NCBI RefSeq assembly: GCF_006345805.1
Contig: NC_043014.1
Coordinates: 42,966,001-43,030,000, forward strand
Length of the DNA: 64,000 nt
Source: Octopus sinensis
Lineage: Eukaryota
Direction: 5' to 3'
The notes beneath the pieces are model-generated. The model saw nothing but the letters and a program-made list of their open reading frames with translations. It did no database searches and was not told where the DNA came from. Each line of letters begins with the position of its first letter. The stretch's first letter is position 1. Shown here one piece after another: positions 36,368-48,904 of the stretch. Both the position numbers and the translations under genes were made by a program.

Positions 36368-36922
36368 TATATGTTTGTGTGTCTGTGTTTGTCCCCCCAA
36401 CATTGCTTGACAACCGATGCTGGTATGTTTACGTCCCCGTAACTTAGCGGTTCAGCAAAAGAGACTGATAGAATAGTACTAGGCTTACAAAAAATAAGTC
36501 CTAGGGTCGATTTACTCGACCAGAAGGTGGTGCTCCAGCATGGCCGCAGTCAAATGACTGAAACAAGTAAAAGAGAGAATAAAAGAGAGAACACCTCCAT
36601 TTAGAGCACAGTTTAAGCAATCTTTTCGTGGAAGAAGATTTATGTTCCTATAACCTGTGTTAATTCTGTAACCTTTTAAAATGAAAGATAAGAAAGTTCA
36701 TTTTCGGCACTTGATGCTTTGGGAACCAGACAAAGATTGCTGCAGCTTGGCTGGGATGTGTTACTCCACCCTCCATATTCATCAGATATTGCTCCTTCAG
36801 ATTTCTACTTATTCAAGTCTCTGCAGAATAGTCTTAATGGTAAAAGTTTCAATTCCTTGGATGATGTAAAAAGATACCTTGATGAATTGTTTGCCATGAA
36901 ACCACCTCAATTCTGGGAAGAT
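36067..36922 (+). pseudogene. Internally deleted mariner carrying a family A SINE
   Basis: TA + TTGGGTTGTCCGGAAAG TIR; MKDKKVHFRHLML fused to TRQRLLQLGWDVLLHPPYSSDIAPSDFYLFKSLQNSL..FWED. Confidence 0.88.
36164..36590 (+). mobile_element. SINE family A inserted in the mariner 5' region
   Basis: Full head-to-tail copy with AACAC on both sides. Confidence 0.9.
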
Positions 36923-37719
36923 ATATATATATATATATATATATGCACATATAATCAGACTGGAGTCTGGTGCAGCCTTCCAGCATGCCAGCCCAGTCAA
37001 ACCGTCCAACCCATGCCAGCATGGACAACGGATGATGATGATGATGGTTATGATGATAATAATTGCATATTATATAATATCAAAATTAAAATTGATATCA
37101 AGTAAGCAATAGCAAGTTGAGAGGGTAATTAAACATAATCTCCTACATAAATTAACCTTATTCTAAGGATTACAGAACAATTTGGGAATAAAATTAACGC
37201 TATCCTTAAATTTGAATAAATTTAATTTAATTATAAAATTAGCAAATTAAATAATCAACTTACAGCTCATTACTACCAATATTAACGATAATAATAGGAG
37301 TAGCAGAAGCATCAATATTAAGGAGTGGGATGATAATAATAGCGAAAAACATACTTTCGGTAACTTGATACTAAGCATTAGTACTACCGCTCACCATTTA
37401 AGGGTGGTCTTTGTCTGCAGACTGCTAAAATTCCTTGGACAGTTAGTCAATTTGAAATGAGCAGATTCTAGGCTACACGTTGAAACAAATCAGGGTTTAG
37501 GCTATTTTTGGAACAGCGACAGCATGTGTTAGTAAGCCTTGGGGATTGGTAATTGGTGGTCCTGCAGAGTAGTAGTTTGTACTAAGGTGGTATATCTGGG
37601 TTGTTGGCAGTCATAAATTTGCTAGAAGGGCATGTCTCTGGTGACAGAAATAAGATAAATTGGATTTCATCGGGCTTGAAACTCAGAGTACCAACGAATT
37701 TGAATCAAACTGTTTTGAT

Positions 37720-37754
<35 letters not shown>

Positions 37755-38782
37755 CACCGGAGTTGCTGTGTGGTAAGTAGCTTGCTTACCGACCACATGG
37801 CTCTGGGTTCAGTTCCACTGCTTGGCAACTTAGGCAAGGGTCATCTACTATAGCTTGAGCTGATGAAAAAATTGTGAGTGGATATGGTTGATGGAAACTG
37901 AAAGAAGCCCATTGTATATATATTATTTATTATTTATTATTTAATCGAAAGTGACGCATCCATTTCCAAGTAAGTTTACCTTCATCTTTTTGATACAACT
38001 CTCTACTCTGTATTGTTTTCTTCCTCCTACCTTCTCTAAATTCCCTTTTCCCCCTCCTTCCCTTACCATTCTCTATCTGTCGCTGTGTCTCTCTCCCCCT
38101 CTTTCTCTCTCTCTCTCTCTCGTTGCTCACATGAGACCATTGTCCATCTTTCTTTTCATGCACAGATGTTCAAAAGAACGGATGTGTTTTTTCTCTCACT
38201 CTTCTATCTTTCCTCTTTTCAAAAAATGTTTCTCCCAGCATGCACTATTTTCCTCATGCATATATGGGCACAGGACATCACCAACGGTGCAAATAACATG
38301 AAATATGTAAACAATAAGGAAAAAAAATGAAAAACAGGACAAGTAATCGCAGAGAAATGACACTTCATCAGTTGTCAGCTGTCTATCTACTCCTCATATC
38401 GACCATTCAACAACAATATGAGTCTTCATAGACAGTTGGTACCATAAATTCTTAAATAAAATTTAGGGTTTATGGAGGGTCAAATTTGGGAGCAAAAACA
38501 TGATTGTGGAGACATACAAAGAAATTGAACGGAAACAAACTGGGGTCAATGTACTCAACTAGCCTGCTTCCCTGAAGATTTCAGGCATTGAGCCTTTAGT
38601 AGGAAAGATCATTGTTAAAGTGGCAAACTGACAGAAATCCTAGTGCATTGAATAAAAATCTTAGCGGCACTTAAGTCATTCAGGGTCAATAAAATAAGTA
38701 CCAGTTGAGCACAGAGGTCAATATAATCAACTAGTCCCCTCCCCCAAAATTTCAGGTCTTGTGCTTGTGTAGTAGAAAGGAT

Positions 38783-39055
38783 TATTATTTTTTCTTCTTC
38801 TTCTTCTTCTTCTTCTTCTTCTTCTTCTTCTTCTTCTACTTTTTCTTCTACTTCTTCTTCTTTGTCTTCTTCTCCTCCTCCTCCTCCTCCTCCTTCCTCT
38901 TCTTCTTCTTCTCTTCGTCTTCTTCTTCTCTCCTCCTCTTCCTCTTCCCCTTCCTCTTCTTCTTCTTCTTCTGTCTTACTTCTTCTCTTCTTCTTCTCTT
39001 CCTCCTCCTCCTCCTCCTCCTCCTCTTCCTTCTTCTTCTTCTTCTTCTTTGTCTT

Positions 39056-39086
<31 letters not shown>

Positions 39087-39130
39087 TTATTATTATTATT
39101 ATCATTGTCATCATCATCATCGTCATTATG
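38783..39130. repeat. Compound (CTT)n/(CCT)n/(TAT)n/(CAT)n microsatellite
   Basis: Seen directly. Confidence 0.95.
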
Positions 39131-39449
39131 TGATTCTGATTATGTTTTAAGGATAGAAATATATTTTAAACGCTGCGGTCAACTTTGCCTTTCATCCTTT
39201 CATCCTTTCAGCTGGACACTGGGGTCGATTTAATCCAACCTATCACCTCCCTCAAAATTGCTGGCCTTGTGCCAAAATTTGAAACCAATGCATGCCTGTG
39301 TATTCCAAGCAACTTTTTGTTCCTTTTCCATTTACTTTACTCTCTCTCTCTCTCTCTTCTCTGAGACATGCCATCTCTTACATCTCCCATCTTTCTTCTT
39401 CCTTATCCCTTCTCTTTTCTTCTTTCTCACCCTCTTAACTCTGCCTCTC

Positions 39450-40190
39450 CCTCTCTTTACTCTCCTTTCTCTTCTTATTACTCTTCTATCTCCTCCATTT
39501 TACTCCTCCTCCTCTCTTTACTCCTCTTCATCCTTTTATTCACCACTCTCCTCTCCCTCTTTACTCTCCCTTCTCTTCTTATTACTCTTCTATCTCTCCA
39601 TTTTACTCTCCTCCTCCCTCTTTACTCCTCTTCATCCTTTTATTCACCACGCTCCTCTCTCTCCCTCTTTACTCTCCCTTCTCTTCTTATTACTCTTCTA
39701 TCTCCTCCATTTTACTCCTCCTCCTCTCTTTACTCCTCTTCATCCTTTTATTCACCACTCTCCTCTCCCTCTTTACTCTCCCTTCTCTTCTTATTACTCT
39801 TCTATCTCCTCCATTTTACTCATCCTCCTCTCTTTACTCCTCTTCATCCTTTTATTCACCACTCTCCTCTCCCTCTTTACTCTCCCTTCTCTTCTTATTA
39901 CTCTTCTATCTCCTCCATTTTACTCATCCTCCTCTCTTTACTCCTCTTCATCTTTTATTCCACTCTCCTCTCCCTCTTTACTCACTCCCTTCTCTTCTTA
40001 TTACTCTTCTATCTCCTCCATTTTACTCCTCCTCCTCTCTTTACTCCTCTTCATCCTTTTATTCACCACTCTCCTCTCCCTCTTTACTCTCCCTTCTCTT
40101 CTTATTACTCTTCTATCTCCTCCTGTTTACTCCTCCTCCTCTCTTTACCCCTCTTCCTCCTTTTATTCACCACTCTCCTCTCTCTCTCTC
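39450..40190. repeat. Pyrimidine-rich minisatellite, ~104-bp unit, ~7 copies
   Basis: CTTCTTATTA ends at 39480, 39584, 39692, 39796, 39900, 40003 and 40107. Confidence 0.92.
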
Positions 40191-40482
40191 TGTACTCTGC
40201 CTTCGTCTATTTCTCCCCTCCTCCTTTTCTATTTATTATTCATTCTCTCCTCTTTACTCCTCTGCCTCCTCCTCTATTTTCTTTTCCCTCCACTTACTCT
40301 CTCTTCTACTCTTACAGTCCAGTATCCTGTCACTCTCTTACTTTCTCTTATTTTTATTTCCCCTTCTCTTCATCATTATTTACACACATACACACGCACA
40401 CACACACAAGCACATCTACATATGCAAGAACACTACACATACACACGCACACACACAAATGCATCTACATATGCAAGAACAC

Positions 40483-40516
<34 letters not shown>

Positions 40517-40731
40517 TGCATCTACATATGCAAGAACACTACACATACACACACACACACACAAACACACAACTGCATCTACATACACAAGAACACTATG
40601 CATACATGCATACACACACACACATACATACACACACATTCACAAACACATGAACATATGCTAACACACATGCACTTGTTCATATGCACACATTCAGATG
40701 TCCAAGATACATTCACAGACACAAGAACACG

Positions 40732-40777
<46 letters not shown>

Positions 40778-41199
40778 ATTGCTCAGTGACTCACTATATC
40801 TCCTCTCACCTCTCTCTCTCTCTCTCCTCACCACCCTCTTTCAGACATGCTTATCCCTCTCCACAACCATTCGAGGCACACATACACCTACGTCTACCTC
40901 GGCATTATTGAACCTCCACTCCTGACATCCCTCTCTCCCCACCACCTTTTACTCTCTGCTCTCGTAATACAGAACCCCTACCACCACCTTCCCCATTCCC
41001 CCCCCCCCCACACATACATACACACATTCAGTCATTCGCACTCCTCCTCCCTCCACAGAACTTCTACTAACACCATGCCTCAATTGCCCCACCCTTACCC
41101 TCTCACCTTGTCGACTGTCATCACAAGTGTTATAATTGCCACCAAAATTTCTGGATTCCAAAGAGTTATTCCATGTTGGACATTTTTCTCAGACAGAAA

Positions 41200-42300
41200 A
41201 CATGGCGGGGATTTTGTTAACAACAGCGATGCTAATTGCAGTCCAGCAGCAGCAACAACAAAAACAACAACAACAACAACAACAATAGCAACGTCAGAAA
41301 TGTCAGTTACAACAACACTAATGTTAATTACAAAAATAAAGCAACAGCAGCAGTGGTGTTCATTGCAATTCTAATAGCAACAATAATAATAATGTTAGTT
41401 TCAGCAATAGCAACAACAACAGCAACAACCACAGTGTTAATTGCAACTATAATGGCAACAACAACAACAACAACCGCCATGTTATTTATTGCAGCAATTG
41501 CAACAAACAGTGCTGTTTAACTATAGCAACAATGTTAATAGCAATGTCATTTAGAAGAACATTTGCAATGGTTACAGTAAAGTCAACTGTAACGACAATA
41601 GCAACAACAGCAAAAGCAAGGAAAATAACTGCAATATCAACTTCAGTTGCATTAGCAACAACAGCAATAACAACAACAGCATTGTTGAGTGCAAAAACAT
41701 TGGCAACTACACCAGTTATTTCAACATCAATGGCAATAGCAACAACTGCAACATCAGTTTCAGTTACATTAGCAACAACAACAACAGCAGTGCTGAGTGT
41801 CAGAACATTAGTAACTACACCAGTTATTTCAACAACAATGGCAATAGCAACAATTGTGCTATTAACTACTGCACTGATTAGCAGCAATAATGACAATAGC
41901 AACAACTGCAATATCTACTTCAGTTACATTAGCAGCAACAACAACAACAACAACAGCAATGTTGAGTGCAAGAACATTAGCAACTACACCAGTTATTTCA
42001 ACAACAATGACAATAGCAACAGCTGCAATACCAACCACAGCACTGATTGGCAATAACAATGACAATAGCAACAGATGCAGTAGCAATTTCAATTACATTA
42101 GCAACAACAATAGCAGCAATGTTGAGTGCAAGAGCATTAGCAACTACACCAGTTATTTCAACAACAATGACAATAGAAACAACTGCAATATTAACAACTG
42201 CGCCAGTTAGCAACAACAATGGCAATAGCAACAACTGCAATAACAATTTCAATTACATTAGCAACAACAATAACAATAGCAACTACTGCAACATGATTAG
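41200..42300. repeat. Cryptic (CAA/GCA)-based satellite with ~110-170-bp higher-order units
   Basis: ACTACACCAGTTATTTCAAC recurs four times between 41700 and 42165. Confidence 0.85.
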
Positions 42301-42301
42301 T

Positions 42302-42368
<67 letters not shown>

Positions 42369-43129
42369 TGTATGTATGTATGTATATGACGGGCTTCTTT
42401 CAGTTTCCATCTACCAGAGCCACTAGCAAGGCTTTGGTTGGCCCAAGGCTATAGTAGAAGACACTTGCTTGAGGTGCCACACAGTGGAACTGAACCCAGA
42501 ACCATGTGGTTGGGAAGCAAAGCTTCTTCCCACACAGCCACACCTGTACCTTATAAAAATTAAAAAATAACAAAGAGTAAAACAAAAGCCCATTGTGGGA
42601 GCTTCTGTATAATCATCCCTCTTTCTCAACAAAAGCACCAAACCTTCCCTCAACGAATCCTTATACATCGCTCTTCAGATGAAGATTCCATGTTTTCTGC
42701 TCTTTAACCAGATGAAGAAAAAAAACAGGAAGAATCTAATGTCCATTCTCAGGAAAAATAAAGGAATATATAATTTACCAAAAAGATTGTCAAAACTCAC
42801 TGCTAAATCATTAATATGAATGTTTGGTGACAATTATACTTATAAATAGCATTTATCTCGTTTTTAGTAATTATCTGTAGACATGTACGATGTTATTGGC
42901 TTTGTGACAAGCCATTAATAACAATAGCTGTATATCATGTCACGGACGTAATTGAATTAGTGTAACGTTATTTATTGTAGGTTTTGTTTTGTGTGGCTTT
43001 ATTTCATTTTGTTTTGTTCACATCTGCATAATCTTGATGAGGTAGGAGAGTCATGGTGGGAGGGGGTGGGGGTTCTTGTGTGTGTGTGTGTGTGTTTTTG
43101 TCTTTGTGCACTCACATCATTGGGATTAC

Positions 43130-43280
43130 AAAGACTACGCATTCGTGCACCCACCACGCAGTCACGTCACGTCACATCAGGTCGCATGACGTCACGTTGC
43201 CTGTGTGAGGCAAAAACAGGTCAGGTCATTCAGATCATTCAGATACCTACTGCTGTATGTCAGATCACGTGACCTGCTGT
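43130..43280. promoter_or_regulatory. CpG-rich cluster of CRE, E-box and AGGTCA motifs (candidate enhancer or promoter)
   Basis: GTCACGTCACGTCAC 43161-43175, TGACGTCA 43187-43194, AGGTCAGGTCA 43218-43228 and TCACGTGAC 43265-43273 in an otherwise CpG-poor window. Confidence 0.45.
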
Positions 43281-43700
43281 GAATCATGCTTGTTTGATAT
43301 TCACTTCAGCCTCTTGGGATAGAATAGATGAATGAACAAATGAATTAATGGATGGATATATGAATGAATCTTGAGCTGGTTTCTATGAATGGAAGTTTTA
43401 TGAATGAGTTATTCAATTAATAAAACTATCTATCTACTCATTGCAATCACATTATAACTGGCTGAGTATTTCAGAGACAGTTGTACCCTTAATGTGTAAT
43501 CCACAGGCAGACTCAGAACAGCCTTTTGAAGAGCAGATACAGTTCCTTTAACAAGCTTCCTTATACTATATTTATACTATACTATCCTTTAACAAGCTTC
43601 TTTATAATATATTTGATAACAAAAAATCCACAGTACATTAGATGCACCCCAATTTCAGCAATGCATGTACCAGCAAAAATGCTTTAAGTGCTTTTAGCAT

Positions 43701-43928
43701 TTAACCCTTTCGTTACCAGCCTGGTTGAAACTGGCTCTGGTTCTGAGTACAAATGTCTTGTTTTCAAAAGTTTTGAACTAAAATCTTCCATCAAACCTTA
43801 GTCCCAATTTATGTTCCTAACACTAGCCAAATGATAACTAAGTTATTTTGCTAAATTCTTTGTCATATTTAAAGTAATTGAAAGAAGCACAGAGCATCTC
43901 AAAATAAATACAGTAACAAAAGGGTTAA
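43701..43928. mobile_element. piggyBac-type MITE
   Basis: TTAA-CCCTTTCGTTAC ... GTAACAAAAGGG-TTAA. Confidence 0.8.
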
Positions 43929-44605
43929 ACCAAACATATCAGGTCCAAGCATTTTATGTTTTATATTTAGACTGGCCAGATCCAACCTCTCACACCTACC
44001 CTGTAATGTCATTCTAAAATGAATGATCACATCTTGAATAAGCATCATATTTGAGAGAGTAATCTGAATGCTAAAAGGTTAAAGCAAAGACAAAATTAGT
44101 TCATGAGAGGCCCAACTTGGCATTTGGGACGAGTTTGTAGAAAAAAAAGGTGTATATTATATGTCCTTAAATACAGTAGTTTCCATCAACCCAATTTCTC
44201 TCACAAACCCTGAGTTTGTGAGGGACATGAGGATATGGTAAAAGACGTTTGTTGGATGATATACAGTCTTCTATTGTGCCCTCTATCTATTCAAGGCATC
44301 ACAACTTTCTCCAATACTTCTGTATAGAAAGTGGCATTGAAAAAGTGAAGAGGCATGACATTCTTCTCATTGCTGACAATTCCCAGAATCATTACAGTTG
44401 CTGGGAACTTAGTATGTATGACTGTTAGAACCTCATTTGGGTCTCTGTATAACCATCTGTCGTTCTTTTGATTTACTTTTTTGTCATGGTTAAAGCTTTT
44501 CAGAGAAAAACCAAAGCATTCCAGCCTCTTGGTGTTTTAATTTGTTAAGCAAACACTTTGCACAGATCAAATGATTCTCTCTTGTCAGATCTGACATTAA
44601 AGGAC

Positions 44606-44812
44606 CTCCTGGGGCTTTCTCCGTCTGGGTTGCGGATCCGTGGAATAAGCTGCCAAACGAGATAGTGATGATGCCGACGACCGCTCAGTTCAAAGTCTCC
44701 CTTGACCACAAATGGCCTGAACTCTTTGCACGAACACCCTCCCCGTACATAACTCCATGTCCCCCTACATGGCCTTGCTTTTTGCTTTTTGAACCAAAAA
44801 ATTAACTTAAAT
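44606..44812 (+). mobile_element. CR1-group LINE 3' end
   Basis: GAFSVWVADPWNKLPNEIVMMPTTAQFKVSLDHKW matches the CR1 ORF2 C-terminal pattern FSxRVxxxWNxLP..FKxxLD. Confidence 0.8.
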
Positions 44813-45722
44813 ATAACTTGTACCACGTGTTCTCATGCACAGCTCTTCTGATGGTGCATTCTGAGTGCTTCAGGTCCATTGCAATGACTGATTAACTTTC
44901 CAAGTCTTATGTGTTCTGATGGTATTAGGAACTTGTATGTCTGTGTAGTGATGTCAGGATGTGACAACCTACAATCTTACAATTGTATGCGAGAAAGGAG
45001 GGTCACCATATTGTACGTAAAACAACAAGAAAAATAAGAACTTGTGAGACGTTCATGTTAAGTCATAACATATTTATTACTGGATGTAATGCGTTCACAT
45101 ATAAGAATGGTTTGAAAGAAAAGGCTTGTAACATCACTTGAACATACTTTGCAACGATATGTCTCAAAGCAAATGAGGCAAATATGCATGTGTGTGGGTG
45201 TGAGTACAAGTGGCGTGGCTCAATGTGTACACCTAGGAACTGACAGGCGAAATGCGTGAAATTAGAAATGCATTCACATTATATAAGGGATGAACCAGAA
45301 GTCCCTGACTTCCACGTGATCTGGAAGTTAATTGAAAGCTAGAATATTCAAGAATTTTTGAGAAGGTTGAGGGAGATTACTCTTGTTAGATCCCATTTTT
45401 ATTTTGCTTTCCTCCTTGACTGCCAGGGGTCACTACATGTGTTTTATGTTTAGCTGCTGATGTTGGGTCCCTGTCATCAGCTTCCAGATCCTCTTGAACC
45501 TTGACAATAAAGGATCAGACATCTCTCAGGAAGCAAGCTATTTCTGATGTTTGGCATTATTTATCTGTAAAGAAGGTAAGTACTGAGATTGATCTGTTCA
45601 ACTAAAACACTTCAAGGTGGCGCCCCAGCATGGCCACAGTGCAATGACTGAGACAATGACCGGAAAGATAAAAGATGATTACAGGTGAGATACCTGTGTT
45701 CATAGATCTGTTTCTGTAGATC

Positions 45723-45751
45723 TATTAGTAGTAGTAGTAGTAGTAGTAGTA

Positions 45752-45785
<34 letters not shown>

Positions 45786-46410
45786 CAGTAATAGTAGTAG
45801 TAACAGTAGTAGTTGTAGTAGTAGTAGCAGTAGCATTACTAGTAGTAGTAGTAGCAGCAGTAGTAGTAGTAGTAGTAGCAGTAGTAGTAGCAGTAATAGT
45901 AGTAGTAGCAGTTGTAGTAGTACTTGTAGTAGCAGTAGCAGTAGCATTAATAGTAGTAGTAGCAGTAGTAGTAGTAGTTGTAGTAGTAGTAGTAGCAGTA
46001 ATAGTAGTAGTAGCAGTTGTAGTAGTACTTGTAGTAGCAGTAGCAGTAGCATTAATAGTAGTAGTAGCAGTAGTAGTAGTAGTTGTAGTAGTAGTAGTAG
46101 CAGTAATAGTAGTAGTAGCAGTTGTAGTAGTACTTGTAGTAGCAGTAGCAGTAGCATTAATAGTAGTAGTAGCAGTAGTAGTAGTAGTAGCAGCAGTAGC
46201 AGTAATAGTAGTAGTAGTAGTTGTAGTAGTAGTAGTAGCAGTAATAGTAGTAATAGTAGTAGTAGTCGTAGTGGTAGTAGTAGTAGCAGCAGTAGCAGTA
46301 ATAGTAGTAGTAGCAGTAGTAGCTGTAGTAGTAGTAGTTATAGCAGTAGCAGTAATAGTAGTAGTAGCAGTTGTAGTTGTAGTTGTAGTAGTAGCAGTAG
46401 CAGCAGCAGT
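45723..46410. repeat. (TAG)n/(CAG) compound repeat with a 105-bp triplicated block
   Basis: TACTTG marker at 45921, 46026 and 46131. Confidence 0.92.
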
Positions 46411-46499
46411 ACCAAAGACCAAATCATTAAAAATCAGTAAAAAAAAAAAATAGAAAGTAAGAATAACATTATCCATGGCAACAACAAACACAGAATGAG

Positions 46500-46534
<35 letters not shown>

Positions 46535-46893
46535 ACAGCAAGAGACAATCGGAAAGCAGTGTGAATGAGAAAAAAAATATATATAAGTAAAAAAAAAAAA
46601 AAAAATAAACAAACTGTACTGGCAACAATAACAATATCCATAGCAACAGCAATATTAAGATGGAAAATACTAACAACAACAACAACAGCAACAACAACAA
46701 TAATAAAGAGGTTTTATTTTTTTCTAATTTTTTAAGAAAAAAAAAAATGAAACGGAGCCGATTGGTTTTCAATTCCAACGTTCCACAACCAAAACACTTA
46801 CTTCATCATTATCTCTGCCATGGTTACCTCGATTTATTGTATGCTTCTCTCTCTGTATTCAGATATTATACGTCTGAAGTTAAACTTGGTTAA

Positions 46894-47304
46894 TCTCTAT
46901 ATATATCTTTATATATAAAAGTGAAGTTGTGTGCTGTCTGTCTCCTACGATTTAGATTCCTAACTACTCCCACATTTTGCGGTGCAGTTTAACCAAAACC
47001 GGGTATCTTATAGTCGTGATTCATATCGAGCCCTTCTGGGTATTAGCACGTGTCTACGATGACTCTACGATTTTAAAAATAATTTACCATCATTTTTTTC
47101 CATTTTAATGCATTTTTTCGCTATTATATAAGGGAAGTAACTCTCTAAAAATGTCTACGATGAGTCAACGATTTAAAAAAAAATTACCATAATTTTTTTC
47201 CCATTTTTAATGCATCTTTTTGCTATTTTTTGGCTATAACTCTCTAAAAATGCTTTATAGTTATTTCCCTTACAAACCCGAGCAACGCCAGGCGATACTG
47301 CTAG
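46894..47304 (+). mobile_element. Non-autonomous Helitron
   Basis: 5' TC-TATATA start; 3' hairpin CCCGAGCAACGCCAGGC then CTAG followed by T; internal ~100-bp direct repeat. Confidence 0.75.
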
Positions 47305-47930
47305 TATATATATAAAGCTGAACTTGTCTGAGTATGGCAGGTTTGGTAGCCTTCAACTAACACTATCTCCTCTGAGACCTTGCGGTGCAAGTTGACCAAA
47401 ATTGAGAGTATGATAGAAGAAGGCTTGCTCTTTCTTCCGTGGAAGAAAACATTTCAAATCGGACCATGTTAACACCAAAAATTATTTACATCAAAAAGGT
47501 GCTTTTTTTCTATGAAAATCTCTATCTTTTACGATTTTTTGACTGCCGTGTGCCATATTTCGGTGTCTTTCAAGTTTGGGAGCCTTCAACTAACACTATC
47601 TCCTCCGAGACCCTGAAGTGCAAGTTGACCAAAATTGAGAGTATGATAAAAGAAGGCTTGCTCTTTCTTCTGGAGAAGAAAAAAATTCAAATCGGACCAT
47701 GTTAATACCAAAAATTATTTACATCAAAAAGGTGCTTTTTTTTTCTATGAAAATCACTATTTTTTTACGATTTTTTGACTGCTCTATCGCCATTTCTCGG
47801 TGTATTTCAACCAGAAAAATGTTCACTTAAAGAGAATAACAAGCTACATAATACAAATTTTTTTACTTTACAAAAATTCCAATTCTAAAGGGTTGAAACA
47901 AACCTGAGCAATGCTGGGCGATACTGCTAG
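47305..47930 (+). mobile_element. Second non-autonomous Helitron, head-to-tail with the first
   Basis: Ends CCTGAGCAATGCTGGGCGATACTGCTAG|T; internal ~230-bp direct repeat (47350 and 47582). Confidence 0.72.
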
Positions 47931-48194
47931 TACAATATAAGCTCATCCTCTCTGCACCGCTACCGTCATCTTCATTGTTGGTGGTGGCAGCGGCAGAATC
48001 ATCATCATTGATGTCATTGGCAGCAGCATCATTGCCATCACCACCACTGCCATTACTATATTACCACCCTGACCCCTGCCACTAGTGCTGCCACCACCAC
48101 ACACCATTGCTATCATCTCTACCATCATCACTACCATGACTATCATCGCCAACACCTTCACCATCACCACTATTATCAGCACTGCTGATAATTA

Positions 48195-48415
48195 GGTGGC
48201 GAGCTGGCAGAAACGTTAGCACGCTGGGCGAAATGCATAGCCATATTTCGTCTGCTGTTACGCTCTGAGTTCAAATTCCGCCGAGGTCAACCTTGTCATT
48301 CATCCTTTTGGGGTCGATAAATTAAGTACCAGTTACGCACTGGGGTCGATGTAATCCCTTTGTCTGTCCTTATTTGTCCCCTCTGTGTTTAGCTCCTTGT
48401 GGGTAGTAAAGAAAT
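48195..48415 (+). mobile_element. SINE family B
   Basis: GGTGGCGAGCTGGCAGAAACGTTAG head through to the AAAGAAAT tail. Confidence 0.9.
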
Positions 48416-48904
48416 ATAATATCAGCACTGCTTTACTCTCTTTACTCTCTTTTACTTGTTTCAGTCATTTGACTGCGGCCATGCTGGAGCACCGCCTTGC
48501 TTTAATTTATACAAACAGTGCCCAAGCCTCATCCAGAGACGTCAGGGGACAACAAGATTTTGTATCTAAATGTGCAAACAAGTGAGGTTCCAAGCAACAG
48601 AAAATAATTGAAGTCTGAGTTTAAAAAAGATCCCTTTATGAAATTCATTATAAAACATGTGAAGGAGTAGCTGTGAGGTAAGAAGTTTGCTTCCCAACCA
48701 CATGGTCCTGGGTTCAGTTCCACCATGTAGCAACTTGGGCAAGTGTCATCTACTTTAGCTTCAGGCTGACCAAAGCCCTGTGAGTGGATTTGGTAGATGT
48801 ATGCTCAAAAAATCGACCAATGAAAGCACTCACTGCTAACCCTACATGAACATCCTGTCTCTGCTCCAATTTTGGGGGTTCACAAGTATTTTTTTGACAT
48901 TAGG

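Noticed and set aside
37280-37715. Possible Penelope 3' end on the minus strand (..FCHQRHALLANL* and a CACC/GGTG hairpin)
   Set aside because: Similarity too weak and HHR core not recoverable by eye
39258-40789. Longest ORFs (468 and 473 aa)
   Set aside because: Two overlapping frames through a pyrimidine minisatellite and (CA)n tracts; no domain or codon signature
45420-45583. Perfect donor AAG|GTAAGT with an upstream acceptor
   Set aside because: All three frames of the implied exon contain stops; could only be non-coding and nothing else supports it
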